In this document: piece after piece, positions 25,178 to 39,529 of the stretch
How the letters are laid out: each line of letters begins with the position of its first letter
Position numbering within the stretch: the stretch's first letter is position 1
NCBI GenBank assembly: GCA_001179505.1
Contig: CDMY01000553.1
Coordinates: forward strand, 1 to 64,000
Direction of reading: 5' to 3'
From: Vitrella brassicaformis CCMP3155
Taxonomy: Eukaryota > Protista > Chromerida
DNA: 64,000 bases
Notes under the pieces: generated by a model
Databases searched by the model: none
What the model saw: only the letters and a program-made list of their open reading frames with translations
Told to the model about the DNA's origin: nothing
Made by a program: the position numbers and the translations under genes

Positions 25178-26988
25178 ATGGGCAACAACCACACTGCGGA
25201 CCGCCATGGTGCCCTTATCGACGAACACACGCTGGATTTCCTTCACAAAGACGACAGAGATGCCCTCCACACGTATGCAAACCACACAGAAATGACATGA
25301 GGGAGGGGGAGCGGCAGTGAACAGCTGTGTGTGTCTGTGTGCGTTGGCTATCTGTGTGTGTGTGCAGCCGGTCGGAGGTCGGCAGCCTCAGAGCCACGGC
25401 GCACTTCCTCTGGGAAGTCGACTTCTCGGCCGCCGTCCTGAGCAGCCGACTCAATCGCTGCCTGGCGGCCAAGGGACTGCACGCCATCATCGCCTTCGAC
25501 GCTCAGCTGGACCGCCCTCTGCTGCTGAAGGCCATCTGGCTGGTGGAAACGCAGCAGTGGACCGAGGTGACCAATGCGCTGAAGTTGGCGGCGCGGAGGG
25601 GCTTCTGCCAGCTGCCCATCACACTCGATGTGGCCGATCTGCAGCGTCACGATAGCAAACAGGTGGGCAGATGAGCGTCAGGCGGGTGGGGGGGTTGGGC
25701 ACTCATCGGTCTGTCGGTCTGTCTGTCTGTCTGTCTGTCTGTCTGTGTAGGCGTATTTGGCGGATGTGCGTGTGGTTGGCTTGTGGAAGATGGTCGGCAG
25801 ACACGTCAACTTCGGCGGCAGCTACGGCCGTTTTGAGCTGTTCGACCAGCCGGGCGGCGGTGTGCGTGCCCTCCGCGACGAGCCGGGCTTTGAGCTGGAC
25901 ATCAACCCCCCCCTCCCCCCCGCCCACCCATACCATCCACACGCCATCAACGACAACCCGCCCGTCAGATCCTCAATCCATCGGCAGGGGGACAGCTGGA
26001 TGGCTGGTGGTGCGGCGTTCACTCATGCCTCAGTCTCGGCGTTCATCATGAATACCATCATGTTCCCTCCAGTGGCCAATAGGGGCAGGACGCCTTGCAT
26101 TGCCGTGAACCGGTACGCAGGAAACACCACAATCAGACAGACACACAACGACCCATGACGGCCGCTTCCCTCTGTTTTCTTCAGGCATGCTCACGGCGGT
26201 GTGCTGGACGGCCTCCTGAACCACTCGCCCCACCAGCCGCCCAACCGATGCACCGCCGTCATGGCGAGTAGGTTGGACAGTAGGAATCCCCCTGTAGAGT
26301 TTCGGCGGCTGTTTCTCACGCCGTTCAACGGCCCATTCGTCGCATGTATCGATCTGTGTATCTTCCCCGACACGGACATAAGTGAGGGAACAAGATAGCA
26401 GATTATCTGTGTTAATTGAGCCATTCTTGTGTGTTGTTCTGCTGAATGCAGTGACTCTTTGTGTCGTCACCAACGAGCCGCCAGTGGGTGATCCATCGGC
26501 TGCCTTCAAGGACCGCCGGCGCGCCACCGCCCCTCTGCTGCCTGGCCTGGTGGGGCAGCCCATCGCAGACATGGTGGTCAACCAACAGGAAGCCGCTGAA
26601 GGTGAGTGTGCAGCCGGCCGCCTCCATCTCGGTGTGTCGGTTGGATGAATCGGCGTGTGTGTGGTGGTGTGCAGAGGAGGGTGCGGATGACGACGATGGC
26701 GATGGTGGTGAGGGTAGGTGGTGTGTGTGTGGTGTCCAGCCCGCCTTGCTAGGTGTCTTACTCCTATGTATGTGTGTGTGTGCAGAGGATGACGATGACA
26801 GTGCGGATGACGGCGACAGCGATGAGGGTGAGTGGGAGGAGGATGAGTGTGCAGATGTAGATGGCGACATCGAGGGCGAGGGCGATGGCCAGCAGCAGCA
26901 GCAGCAGCAGCAGGGCAAGACATCCTTCAAATCGAGAGAGTGTCTGGACGCAGCCATGACACAGGGGATGAGGGTGAGATCAGCGTGA
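25178..26988 (+). CDS. Lineage-specific uncharacterised family, copy 2 (apparently intact, acidic tail)
   Basis: MGNNHTADRH..., LKAIWLVETQQWTEV, WKMVGRHVNFGGSYGRFELFDQPGGGVRALRDEPGF and DNPPVRSSI. From memory this resembles a large expanded Vitrella hypothetical family; not database-checked. Confidence 0.75.
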
Positions 26989-27433
26989 CATACACGCACT
27001 CATTGTGCGTCATGGCTGTTGTCGGTGATGTATGCAGGTTGATGGATGGATGGAGTGTGGACAGCAGGCCGGGCGTAGCTACGTGTGCACACAGCCAGCT
27101 CAATTGCCTCTCATGACATGATGCAGACAAAATCCATGCAGCTTTGCAGCAGACGTTCATGTAATTAATGCATTGATTGATCTATGGTCGTCAGTCACTG
27201 AGAACCCTTTTTCTGTACACGTATGGCATGCATGCGTTCTTGACGGTGAAGCTAAGCTGCTTTCCGTTTGTTCTTCCCACCACATCTAAAGAGGGATTGG
27301 AGAAACGATCGCCGCTTTTTCGAGCTTGCATTGCGAGCTAAGCGCGAAACCCCGCGTCTTTTTCCCGGACCGGTGGTGTGTGTTGCCCTCGTCCCCTGCG
27401 AGTTTTGCAAGCACATTCCCAACAGCTGGTGCA

Positions 27434-29780
27434 ATGGCGTACCATCGAATGCAGGACGTCGCTTGTTTCTGCGGGGGCGTGCCCCGACTGGGATTCCCGG
27501 ACGCAGCCTCCGAAGCGGTGCTCGATGAAGCAGAGATCATGGTGGGGGGCGGCCTCGTCTTCAACGCGGCAGGGGTGTCAGCCCAGCATTCACTCAAAGC
27601 CAGGAGGGGAGAGAGCAACGCGGATGCTTTTCTCTGCAATCATACTCTGCTAGGTGTGGCAGATGGTGTGTCGTCTGTTGCGGAGGACGGTAAGCTGCTC
27701 GAGGGAAGAATCCGTCCTCCGCAACGTCAGGCAGGGATATCCAGGGATTGAAATGGCATTGCGTTTCTGTTGTGCTGCAGGAGTCAACCCATCCCATTTG
27801 CCGAACGAGCTGTTGGCTCGCTGTGAGGAGCTGTGGGAGACACGTCAAAAGGATTCAGACGCCTTTGACAGTGAAACGCACGCCACAGTGCGTGCCCTCA
27901 AAGGAGACATAGAGACGTCTGCCAGCGATGTGGTCGAGAAGGGGCTCCTCGGCCGGTCTTTCGTCGGCTGTAAGCATCTCGGGGCGACCACGTGTGTCCT
28001 GACCTTTATCTTTGGAGAGCAGCTGCGGATCATCAACATCGGCGACTCGATGGTTCTGCACCTGCGCCGGAGCGAGCTGAGGCGGTCCTCAGGAGAGGGC
28101 AAGAAGAGGACGCTTACGAGCCAGACCGAGGACGAGACGCTTCCATCGACCGGCATCAGCAGCAGCCGCTTGGACACCACCGCCTCCCCTTATTTCGTGC
28201 TCACATCGTCCACGCCGCAGCACCACTTCTTCAACTGCCCCTATCAGCTGACCCGCATGTATGATGTCCTCATGGACGACGAGTCCCTCTTTCGGAGCGT
28301 GCTGAGTTCGGCGGACTGCTTCACGTCTCCTGCACGCCCCGGAGACATCGTCATTCTGGGCAGTGATGGACTTTTCGACAACGTAAAGGATGGACCAGCA
28401 AATCACTTCATGGGATTGATATCATGGTTGTACAACGTTCGTTTCCTTCAGTTGTTTTTGAGTGACATTCTGGATCTTGTCTCGCGACACTGCCACGACA
28501 GGTCGTCGCATGGCATCCCCAGATGCCCACCGAAGGTCATCGCTACAGCCCTTCTCCACGTGAGAAAAAACCGCCCATGTAGCGCCACTCCACGCGCTTC
28601 GATATTTCATGTCTCTGGCTTTACTTCACAGGCTGCTCTCGATGCGGCTGGGCCCGCTCCCTGCAATGGCACCGGGTCGAGGCCGGCCCGGGCGGACACC
28701 TTTACCCGTGACTGGTCCCTCCTCTGCGGCAATATGAAGCCCCGCAGCCCTGGGTACCCCCAGCTCCCTCCCACCAAGGGGGTGACCCGGCCCTACGCCA
28801 CCCCCTTCTCAAAGGCAGCCAAAGAGGAGCTCGGCAAGCAGATCAACGGCGGCAAGCCCGACGACACGTCAGTGGTCGTGGGCTTCATCGTCCGGGGCAA
28901 TAATGAGAGATCGCTCGGCTTCAGTGTGCCGGGGATAGCGGACGAGAAGGCAATCGAGCTACTGCATGACGGCAAGAGGCAACCGGCTGCCGCTCAGGGA
29001 GCAACGGTTACGGCTGCGGGCTCCGGCCGTCGGGGTGGGGCTTTGGCTGCTCATCAGTCTGTCTTGGTTGGCGTCGACCCCGCCCTGGCGGACATGAAAA
29101 GCTGTGCACTCCGTGACGCCGCCGCAGATGAAGGGCCCTTCCGCAAGTCGGCCGCCTCCTGCAGAGAGGGAGACATCGGCATTCCTTCTTCCCCGCTTTC
29201 CGCTGTGACGCCTCGCAAGGCGTCGGCTGCCAAAGGCTCCAGCGCCAGCAGCAGGGGCCCCGGAGCGATAGAGAGCAATCGGAGACAAAACTCACTCAAC
29301 GTGAGGGTCCCTCCCCTGCCAATCAAGACAGCGAAGCCGGCCCTCCCGCCGATGGGGCCCCTGGCCAAATCAAGGACCCAGCACAAGGGGAGAAGAGGGG
29401 GAGACACCAGGGGAGGGCCTTTCAGGCCGAAGAAACCAGCCAACCTTTCCAACCATCCGACACACAGCGCGGCTCCTCCATTCATGTGCCCCCTTACCGA
29501 TGGCCCTGCCGACCCGGCACCACCCAGCACTGACTCTACCATCCCTGTCATGCAGGACCTCTTTCTCGTCACTCCGCGATCGCCAGCGCGAGACAAACAG
29601 CCGCCGGCTGTGGCAGCGGCCGCTCGGTGCATGTTGCCGAGCAGCAGTAGCAGCAGCTCGAGCAGCTCGAGCGGCGGGAGAGAGAGAGGTGCAAGAGTGG
29701 ACAGGGATCCGTGTTTGGTGTTGAGCGAGAGCGACCTGAAGGACATATACAGTTCGGTGAGAGAGGAACTGGACAAGTGA
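27434..29780 (+). CDS. PTC7/PPTC7-like PPM (PP2C) protein phosphatase with a long low-complexity tail
   Basis: NADAF, LGVADGVSS, GATTCVL, INIGDS, QHHFFNCPYQL, DIVILGSDGLFDN and GGKPDDTSVVV. Confidence 0.88.
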
Positions 29781-30257
29781 ATGAGTGAGTGGGCAGGAAT
29801 TCAGAGAGAAAGTGTTGCTGTATGTACGATATATAGCTGCCTCTGCCGATACCCACTACCTTGGCAAAGAAGCGTGTCACGATGGACGGACGCATCCAAC
29901 GATGTATTGAATCAATGATGCACTCATCATTTGCTTTGACAACACGTCACATATCGGCCGATCGATGTCGTTCGATCAATGTCCATGCTCATGTCGGCAC
30001 GGGATAAGGAAGCAGCGTATGCAGGTGCACAGGAACGTTGGGAAAACGGACCTATCTGCAGATTGGTCACTCACGTCACGAACTCTGCAGACTGACTCCA
30101 TACTTACTATACAACAACCCCACAACCGACCGCTGCGCTCTGCACCAGTCGTCGCAACAACTGCTCCACACCAACTATATATACGATGCAGTCCGTCCTC
30201 GCGTCTTGGTCCCACGAGCCGAGACCAAAACAAAGAGGACTCAGTGCTTGCCTTGCA

Positions 30258-30921
30258 TCAGTGCTTGCATCCGCAGCCCTTCTTCGCAGCAATGGTCTCT
30301 CGCCACTCGGCATTCTCCCGCCACTCTGACCCGTCGGCATAGATCTCTCTCTTCCAGATCGGTGCGCGGGCCTGATGCACACACACAGACAGACATGCAG
30401 GCAGGCACAAATGGTTGATGTCGGCTGGCTGATGGTTCTGTCGCCTACCTTGATCTCGTCGATGACGTATCGGCAGCAGTCCATCGCGTCGGCACGGTGC
30501 GCAGATGACACGGCAATGTTCACACCTGCACACATACACAGACGGCATCTTCATCCTGTTGTGTGCGTTGTGTTGTGTGTGACCCTCTCTCCGCTCACCC
30601 ACCTGACTGGCCGATAGGGCACGAGCCGAGCTTGTGCTCCACGGCAATTCGACGCACCTGCGGCCACTTGGCCTGCGCCTCCGCACACACCTCTGCAATG
30701 GTCTTCTCGGCCATCGGCGCATAAGCCTCGTAATCCAGCGCCGTCACCTCCTTGCCGCCAGAGTGGTTGCGCGTGGTGCCCATGAAGGACGCCACAGCGC
30801 CGCACGAACCATCCTCCACCTGCTGGATGACACTCTCGAGGTGGAGCGGATCTTCCCGCAGACAGATGTGGGGAGGCAGTTGTGCACCAGTGCCGTTGGT
30901 GACGCTCTCTGCAGCCGACAT
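30258..30921 (-). CDS. MOCS2: Molybdopterin synthase catalytic subunit (MoaE)
   Basis: GAVASFMGTTRN, LDYEAYAPMAEK, VEHKLG, IAVSSAHRADAM and APIWKREIYADGSEWRENAE. Confidence 0.95.
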
Positions 30922-31036
30922 CGAAAGAAGTTTGGCGCTCGCCAGGCGTCGGCGAAGGGTTTGACTGAAACCCTTTCACCCCTCAAACCCTTCACCCCCA
31001 AATCCTGTAGGTTTCTTTGGAAGGAATTAGAGAGCG

Positions 31037-34000
31037 ATGGATGGCGCTGTCACGGCTGCGGAGGTGCAGAGGAAGGCAACGGAGGCGAGAAGGAAGGCGT
31101 ATTACAAGCTCAAACAGAGAGCCCAGCAGGATGTCCATCGCAGGTCAGTCCAGATGCAGGCTGAAGGACTGACTCATCACCAAGGCAGCATGTCACGCAC
31201 ACACGCCGCCAACCGGCAGGAACAGACAGACGCACGACGCGCCATCTGTGTGTGGTTTGTTTCTGTGGTTAATTGCAGAGTGGCTCGGTGGCGCACCGTG
31301 ACGAGGGACGGTAGCCGCTCTATCTTCTACGTCACCCTCGGAGGAGATCTGCACATCAACAAGGTGCTCACAGACAAACAAGAGAGAGAGAGAGAGAGAG
31401 AGAGAAAGAAGAGAGAGAGGGGACCCAGATGAGAGAGGGGACCCAGATCAATGCACTCACTCACTCACTCACTGCACGTGGGTGAGTTGGGTTCAGCGTG
31501 ACGGCAATGATGCGGCCAGAGAGGACTCCTTCTACCTGCGACAATACGGCATCAAAGGTGTGGCCAGCGCAACAAGTGCATTGCACCATTCATTGCCCCC
31601 CACCCGTCAGACGATGGACGGTGTTTGTTTCTGTGACGTTTGTCAGACCGTCAGGAGGGTTCGTGTCTGCCCTACCCGGAGTGGTTTGAGCCCTACTGCA
31701 GCAACCGCAGCGACAACCCTCGCGACCTATCGCACTGGAACATCCCCGAAGGGCTCGTCGAGTAGGCACCCCACCCGGCTGGCCAGCTGGCCATCTCTGC
31801 TGTCAACCATTCCCTCGTGTGTGTCTGTCAGGGAGTACCGTCGTCATTCGAAGATCGAGCAGCTGTACGAGTGGCAGGCCGAGTGTCTGCAGGTGATCTG
31901 GCCGGCGACCCCTGGCCCGTGCCCACCGCCAGGGCAGGTGCACATGGTGCAGGGCGAGAAGCGCACCAGGATGAAGGTGGTGGGGAGCCCCACCATGGCC
32001 GACCCGCCCGTGTGGCGGAACCTTGTCTACTGCGCACCCACGGCCGGGGGCAAGTCGCTTGTCGCCGAGATCATCATGCTCAAGTCAGTCACTGCAGAGC
32101 CCCACCCCACCGATGGATGATGAAGTCGATCTGTCTGTGTGTGTGTTTTGTCCGTCGTGTGGCGCAGTCAGCTGGTGTTTCAGGGGCGTCGTTGTCTGAT
32201 GGTGCTGCCCTACGTCGCCCTCTGTCGTGAGAAGGCGCGGGACCTGCACAGCCTGTGGGGCGACCGGCTCGGTCTGAGGGTGCAGGCCTTCCACGGCGGA
32301 GAGGGTAGACAAATGACTGACTGACACACAAGCAAGGACAGCAGCAAATGCAGCCAGGTGAATGAATAGATTGATGTTGTATGGTTGGTATGTTCAGGTG
32401 GTGGGTGGAACGAGGGCATTGATGCGGCGATATGCACGATAGAGAAGGCCAACCAGATCGTCACCAGCCTCATCCGACACAGACGGCTGGAGCGCGCCAT
32501 CGGGGTGCTCGTCGTCGACGAACTCCACTCGCTGTCAGACAGCCACAGGTGGGTGGGTGGGTACGCAGGCAGCACCAGACATTCATGCATGCCGTCGTTA
32601 CTCACATGACATGCTTCTCTTTGTTTGTGTCAGGGGCTACCTACTTGAGGTGATGCTGATGAAGGTGCAGGGGTACCTCGGCTCTCTCCCGCCCGACTCG
32701 CCTCCCCACCTCCGTACCCAGGTCATCGGACTCTCGGCCACACTGCCAAATCTAGACCAGGTTGGTGCGGCAGTCGCGACGCCTGGATGCACTCCCTCCC
32801 TCTCCACTTCTCTCCACTTGTCTCTCTTTCATCTTCACCACTCGCTAGCTGTGCTCTGGTCATGCGCCTCCGTGTGTGTGTGCAGATCTGCTCGTGGCTT
32901 GATGCCGAGCAGTATTCGAGCGACAGGCGACCGACGCCCGTCGACACCTTCCTCAAGATCGAAGAACGGGTCACACACACACACACACACACATACATAC
33001 GCAGATGGACCACTCACTCATCTGATACACCACACCACACCCACTCATGGCTCTTGTCCCGTCTCTCTCGTCTCGTGTGCTGCTTTGCAGATCTACCAGT
33101 ATAACCCCTCAGCTGCAGCGCAGATCGGCAATAGCAACCTTCAGCCCCCGCCCAACCCACCCGCTCCCAAGCCACAGCGACCCACGACCGTCACCCTGAA
33201 TCCAGCCTTCCGACTCTTCCGCACATTCTCCCGGCCGCCACCCTCCCTGCCCCTCCCCGTCCCCCCGCCGCCACGTCAGCCCAACCGGCCACGGGGTCCT
33301 CCGCCGCCCGAGATGTTCTGTGGTTTGGCTGACGATAAGGAGCATGTGGGTCTGCTGGTGTGGGAGAGCGTGAGGGTCAAGAGGCCGGTGCTGCTTTTCT
33401 GTCATTCCAAGGACATGTGCCAGCGGATGGCGCAGCAGCTCGCAAGGTATATATGGGGGAGGGAGGCGGAAAGGACAGGTGTCGAATGTACCTGCCTGCC
33501 TGCTAACACTGTGTCCCCGCCTGTCTCTCTCTCTCTCCCTCTCTCTCTCTCTATTGTCAGGACACTGCCCCTGTACAAGTCTCGCGACATGTCCGTCCTC
33601 GCCCCGGCCGAGGATGCAGACATCGCCAATGCGCGTCACAGCCTCCTCCAATCGCTGCGTCGGGCAGCATCGGGGGTCTCGGCACGCACACAAACCCCCA
33701 CAGCAGCAGGGGCAGCCGATGAGGCGGCCTACTGTCCCGATATGAAGGCGGCGATCCCTCATGGCGTGGCATACCACCACGCAGGCCTGACGATCGACGA
33801 GCGGCGGCTGATCGAGGAGGCCTATCGGGCGGAGGTGCTCAGTGTGCTGTGTGCGACGTCGACACTGGCCGTGGGGGTCAACCTGCCGTGTGCAAGGGTG
33901 ATTCTGAGGTCCCCGCGGCTGGGCAAAGACCTGCTGGACGTGTCGCGATTCAGGCAGATGGCGGGGAGGGCGGGCCGGAGCGGCGAGAGGGGCAGGTACG

Positions 34001-37000
34001 TGACTGACGGGAGGGAGGGAGGCAGTGATGGGATGGGTATCTATGGGCATTTGGTCGTATGCTTCTGTGGTGTGTGGGTATGTGTGTGTTTTGTTTTCCA
34101 GAGGGGAGGCGATGATCATATCGGACAAGAAAGATGCCCAACACGCTCAGGTAAGGCAGGCTTGACTGAGCGCGGTTGCACCGGACCGGCTGCAGTACGA
34201 CTGACTGTTCGGTTGTCCAGCGTCTGCTGACGGGTGAGGTGGAGCGGGCCGACAGCTGTCTGCACGGCATGAGACTCGCTAAGGCACTGCTCGAGGTCAG
34301 ACAGAAACAACCAAACAAGTGTCCCTATTGCCCCTTGTTCTCTTACCCTTGTGTGTTCCCGTCAGATATTGCTGGTGCGTCAGGCGGCCACCAAGAAGGA
34401 TCTCGTCGACTACCTCGCCGCACACTCGCTCAGAGCCAAACAGGTCCGCCAGACAGACAGACGCACACGCATCACTCGTTGACGATCTGCGGGTCTGTCT
34501 GTTTAAAACAGGCGAGCATCGCTGACATTGCCAAGGAGGTGGCGCCGGCGGTGGACTACCTGTTCCACATGGACCTCATCTGCGCCAATAAACCCAACCC
34601 CACCATACAACGACACCACACATACCCATCTCCATCACCATCGCCAGCCGCTGCTGCTGCTGCTGCAGCAGCTGCCATGCCGGCGCTCCCACCACCACCC
34701 ACACACCCGTCAAGACCGCCTGCTGCTGCCTCGCCATTTGTCCGCCCGGCTGCTCGCCCTGCTGCTCGCCCCGTGATCCGTCCACCACCACCACCAGCAG
34801 CACTAACACGGCCGCCCATGGCCACACCGGGCTCGTCAGGGGGCGCGGGAGGCAGCGGCAGCGGTGGGCAGGTGGCGGCACCTCTTCCCGCTGGCACCGG
34901 GGCGCTGCAGCGGATGATGAACACCATCCGCCGTGAGGTGGGGAGGCTGCAGGACCTGCGGTCCCCGGTGATGCTCAGCCGTCTGTGCACCTACGGGCCC
35001 ATGTACAGCAGCGGAGAACTGAACCTGGCCCCGGCCACAGAGTGCTGCCGCAAACGACTCACCGAGATGCTCGAGTGTGCGGCAAGGGACCGGCCGCCAC
35101 CCCCCTCACGCAGCCCAGCGGCGCCCGCAGACACTGTGGCTGAGGGCGAGAGCCAGCAGTCCAGCGTGTCTGTGGGGTCTGTGTCGGGGAAGGTGGCCGT
35201 CAGGCCCGTCGGTGCGGGGCCGTCGGGTGGTGGTGGCGCGCAGGTGGGAGGCGATGGGGCGGTGCTGCTGCCTGGGCTGCCGAGAGTCAAGGATGACCAT
35301 GTGCTCAGACTCACGCCACTCGGTGAGTGGGGGCGGCACTGCAGTGGGAGCAGATCGTGGTCATGTTGGTGCGTCCTGTGTGTGCGTGTGTGCAGGTGAG
35401 GCAGCGCTGCAGTCGCACTTTCACCTGGGCGAGGCGTGCGAGCAGTCTGCCGACATCATCAAAGTCTACCTGCAGGGTGGGGTGGGCCACACACGACCGA
35501 CCCCCCGATTGTCTCGTCTATGTCTCTGCCTTGTTTTTTAAATGTAGGTCTGAACCTGCGCAGTGACTTCCAGCTGCTCTATCTGCTGACACCCCTGGAG
35601 CCGTCGATCGACATCGACTGGGGTGTGATGGGCAGGCTGTTCGAGCAGGAGGTGGACCCCGACGGCCCGCGGAAGACCATCAGCGACCACAAGCGGCTGG
35701 CAGAGTTCCTCGGCATCACCAAGGGCATGGTGCATCGGGAGGGCCAAAGACGGCCCGCCATACCCTCACCACACACACTGCACGAGGGCCTCCTCGCCGG
35801 CAAGTGGGTGCAGTCTGAGCGAGAGCAGATTTCATGTCAGTACGGATTTGTGTTTGTGTGTGTGTTTGTGTCTGTGTAGGAAGAGTATCACGTGTCTGAA
35901 GCGCGACCACCTGTTGATGAGCCTGAAGCGGTTCTATGCCGCTCTGGTCCTGGAGCAGCTGCTGCGAGAGAAAGGACAAGAAGACGTACGCAGCCGGTAG
36001 GTAGGCACACCAGTGGCTGACATGACCCAGAGAGGGCGGACACATGAGCTCTGCTCAGTCAGTGGTGCTGTGCATGTGTTGTGTGTCAGGTTTGGTCTGT
36101 CGGTGAGCCAGCTGCAGGCCTTCCAGAGCCAGGCCACCATCTTCCAGGGCCAAGTCGGATCGCTCACCGAAAACCTCGGCCTGTAAGCAAGCACCACAGA
36201 CAGTCCGACAGACAACATGGGACAGTCAGTAGTCTTGATCCTTGGCTGCCTGCCTCTGTGTCTGTCTGTACGATTCTTGACTGACGTGTGTGCAGGTCTG
36301 GTCTCGCAGCGGCGATGCGTCAGTTGGGCGACCGTTTGTTGCGGACGCTCGAGGTGCCGCTGGAGCTACTGCCGCTGTGCCAGATAGAGGACGTCCAGGT
36401 AGGTACACGTGTGCACACACAGGCTTTCGAGCCGAACGACCTACCGATGCCTGTCTGCCTGCGTCTGTCTGGCTACATCACAATCACATCCTACAGGGCC
36501 GTCGGGCTCGTGCGTTGGCTGACAGCGGTCTCGACAGTGTGGAGAAGGTCGCACACGCTGACAACACACACATCTTCATGGTCAGCCAAACCATACATTA
36601 ATGCATTGTAATGGACACACACACGCACACACAGCACTGTGTTCCATCTGACGGGTGCATGGCATGGCATGGCATGGCATGCAGGCCTTAGGGACGGTGG
36701 AGGGCAGCGAGGTGGCCCCCAACATGGAGATGATGGCGCAGCAGGCACGACTCAAACCCATCCAGCCCCCCGACGCACCACAAACCAACTCCCACACCCA
36801 CCACCCCACAGCCCAGCTGCAGCTGCTGGAGGGTCGGACGGGCCGGGAGGAGGCCATCCGGCTGCACAACATACACATGGTCAGGCGAGATCGGCTGCGG
36901 ATGGACACCGCACAACGCATCAAACGGAGCGCACTCGAACTCGTCGACCAGCGCACACAGGCAAGTAATGGATGGCTACACACCTACACACACATGCTGG

Positions 37001-37523
37001 TTTGCTCATTTATTTGTGTGCCTGCCACGGTGCGGTGCAGGAGCTGTTTGATCGCATGGACGGGGTGCCGACTGAGCAGGCGGAGCCGCCCCCCGCCAAT
37101 CTCATCGACCTCGACCAAGACCTGCACCTCCTCGGCAGTGACGACGACCTCAGCGATGACGACACTGACAACGACTCACCCACAGCAGCACCCAACAATG
37201 CCCAACCGGCAGCAGCAGCAGCAGCAGCAGCGGCCGGACAAGAACCACCACATGCACCCCAAGCCGACACAGGCGAGCCTCAGGCCAAGCGCGCCAGGGT
37301 GGAAGGGCTGAGCGGTATCGGTGGTGAGGGCGGGCTGGTGCTGAGCCGCCGATGTGATGAATTCGATGCTCAGCCCCAGCAGTTGGTGCGGCGCAGGTAT
37401 CGGCGACACCACGTGCCCCCTGCTGCCCAGAGGGAAGACCGGCGGCAGGAGAGGCTCAGGAGGGCCATTCATATCGACAGTAGGGCTGGGGGGGCCGGCA
37501 GGCAGTGGAGCCCACAGAACTGA
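31037..37523 (+). CDS. Ski2-like SF2 DNA helicase of the POLQ/HELQ group, with no polymerase domain
   Basis: LYEWQAECL, NLVYCAPTAGGKSLVAE, CTIEKAN, VDELHSLSDSHRGYLLEVML, GLSATLPN, GVAYHHAGLT, ATSTLAVGVNLP, FRQMAGRAGR and GRARAL. Confidence 0.9.
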
Positions 37524-38180
37524 CTGATCGATGGCCGGCCGGGTGGTGTGTGTAGCGAGAGGGACAGTGGTTTTCGGTGGTGTGGTGTGGTGTAGAATGA
37601 CTGACTTGCATGTGACTGTGTTCTTCTCAGCCCCGCACCATGTGCTGTGCATAGACGCATTGATTCGCGTGCGTGGGATACATGTGGAAGTCTCTCTCGA
37701 CGGGCAGACACGTGTTCACATCTTCAATCCCCCAGTCTGACATCCGTGAGGCGTCCGTCCGTCCGTCCGTCAACGCGAATGCAGCCAGCCCACCGCGCCC
37801 ACGCGTTCACCGACAAAATGTGTCCCTGTCTGTTTCGCTGCTCCCACCGGGAGTATGCCAAGGAGAGGTGCGATCGCCCGCCAGCATACGAGTGGAATGC
37901 TGGTCAGGTGATCATCCCACGCCCTGCACATGTGCCCGAGAAAACCAACGAAACACACTCAGATATCATATATTTCGTCACACCGCGAATGGACACTCGT
38001 CACAAGGAGAAACATAACAAACAGGCTAATGTCACTCTGGCTCGCTGTAGGCAGGCTACTGGTTCGCCGTGACCGCTGGGCCGTCCTCTTCCCCGACCAC
38101 CCTCCGGCGTCACTTCACTCACAAGGCAGAAGCAAGGACCACTCAGAAGGACGACAAGCTGGCCAGCCAGCTATCAATCC

Positions 38181-39490
38181 TCACCATCGATCGATCACCT
38201 CTCTAGTGTCTTCCATAGTGGTAGTAGCCGCCTCCTGTCTGGCCGGCATGCTGCTGCTGCTGCTGCTGCTGTCGCCATGGGGCGAGGCCAGGGATGCCGG
38301 GCGGCGGCAAAAGGGGCGGCAGCCAAGCTTGCGCCCTCTCGTCACTTGGCGGAGGTGGAGGTGGTGGGGGTGGTGGGGGTGGGGGTGGGGGAGGCCGGTG
38401 CGGGTCGACGGTCCCGTCAGATGGCGGCGGGACGGCTGCAGGGAACCGTGGCGGGGCGGGGGGCGGGGCTGGNNNNNNNNNNNNNNNNNNNNNNNNNNNN
38501 NNNNNNNNNNNNNNNNNNNNNNNNNNNNNNNNNNNNNNNNNNNNNNNNNNNNNNNNNNNNNNNNNNNNNNNNNNNNNNNNNNNNNNNNNNNNNNNNNNNN
38601 NNNNNNNNNNNNNNNNNNNNNNNNNNNNNNNNNNNNNNNNNNNNNNNNNNNNNNNNNNNNNNNNNNNNNNNNNNNNNNNNNNNNNNNNNNNNNNNNNNNN
38701 NNNNNNNNNNNNNNNNNNNNNNNNNNNNNNNNNNNNNNNNNNNNNNNNNNNNNNNNNNNNNNNNNNNNNNNNGGCGGGGCTGGCGGAGGAGGTGGCGGGG
38801 CTGGCCGGACCATGCCGTACGCCTGACGAGGAGGTGGGCTGAGGGCATACGCCTGCTGCAGCGACGCCATCAGCCAGGCATCCGGCGCACCCACACTGAA
38901 ACAAAGACAAACACGCCCCCACATGCAGTCAGTGACAAGTTCCTGGTGCTCTCTTCCTCCACCTACTGTGGAGACATGTCGCTCATCATCCATGGGGCAG
39001 GTGGGGGAATGGGAATGTTCTCTCTGGTCTCTCTGGACCGGTGCGGCCTCGTGAAAGACCCAATATACTGCCTCGGTCGCGCCTCGATGCAGCACTCCTG
39101 GGTGTGGCCCTCTGCGGCACAGTTGCAGCACCAGGCCTTGGTGAAGCTGTCGCCCTGCGGTGCCTCGCTACACGTCAGGTGACCCGGATTGCCGCACTCG
39201 ATGCAGGTCACCATGGTGTCCCGGTATGGCCACACGTTGGGCGGCAGGACCGCTGAACGCAGCACCTGACGCATGCATGGGGAAACAACACAACACATAG
39301 ACATGTGTAAATATGTTCAACGGCGAGAGCACGCAAAACCTGTGCGCAGAGGAGATGCAGACAGACATGACATGCATACATACCGTTTCTTTTCTGGAGT
39401 TGGCCTTGTCGATGTCGAATCCGCTGACGGTGCACTCCGAGATCATGTGACCAGGGCCGTTGCAGCGAAAACACAGACGAACTGATATCA

Positions 39491-39529
<39 letters not shown>

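Noticed and set aside
27654-29780. Single-exon 708-aa ORF for the phosphatase
   Set aside because: It includes stop-free introns (e.g. about 28384-28451 and 28560-28631) and misses the first exon.
31412-31475. Short tandem duplication GAGAGAGGGGACCCAGAT x2 and (ACTC)n
   Set aside because: Ordinary intronic slippage repeats.
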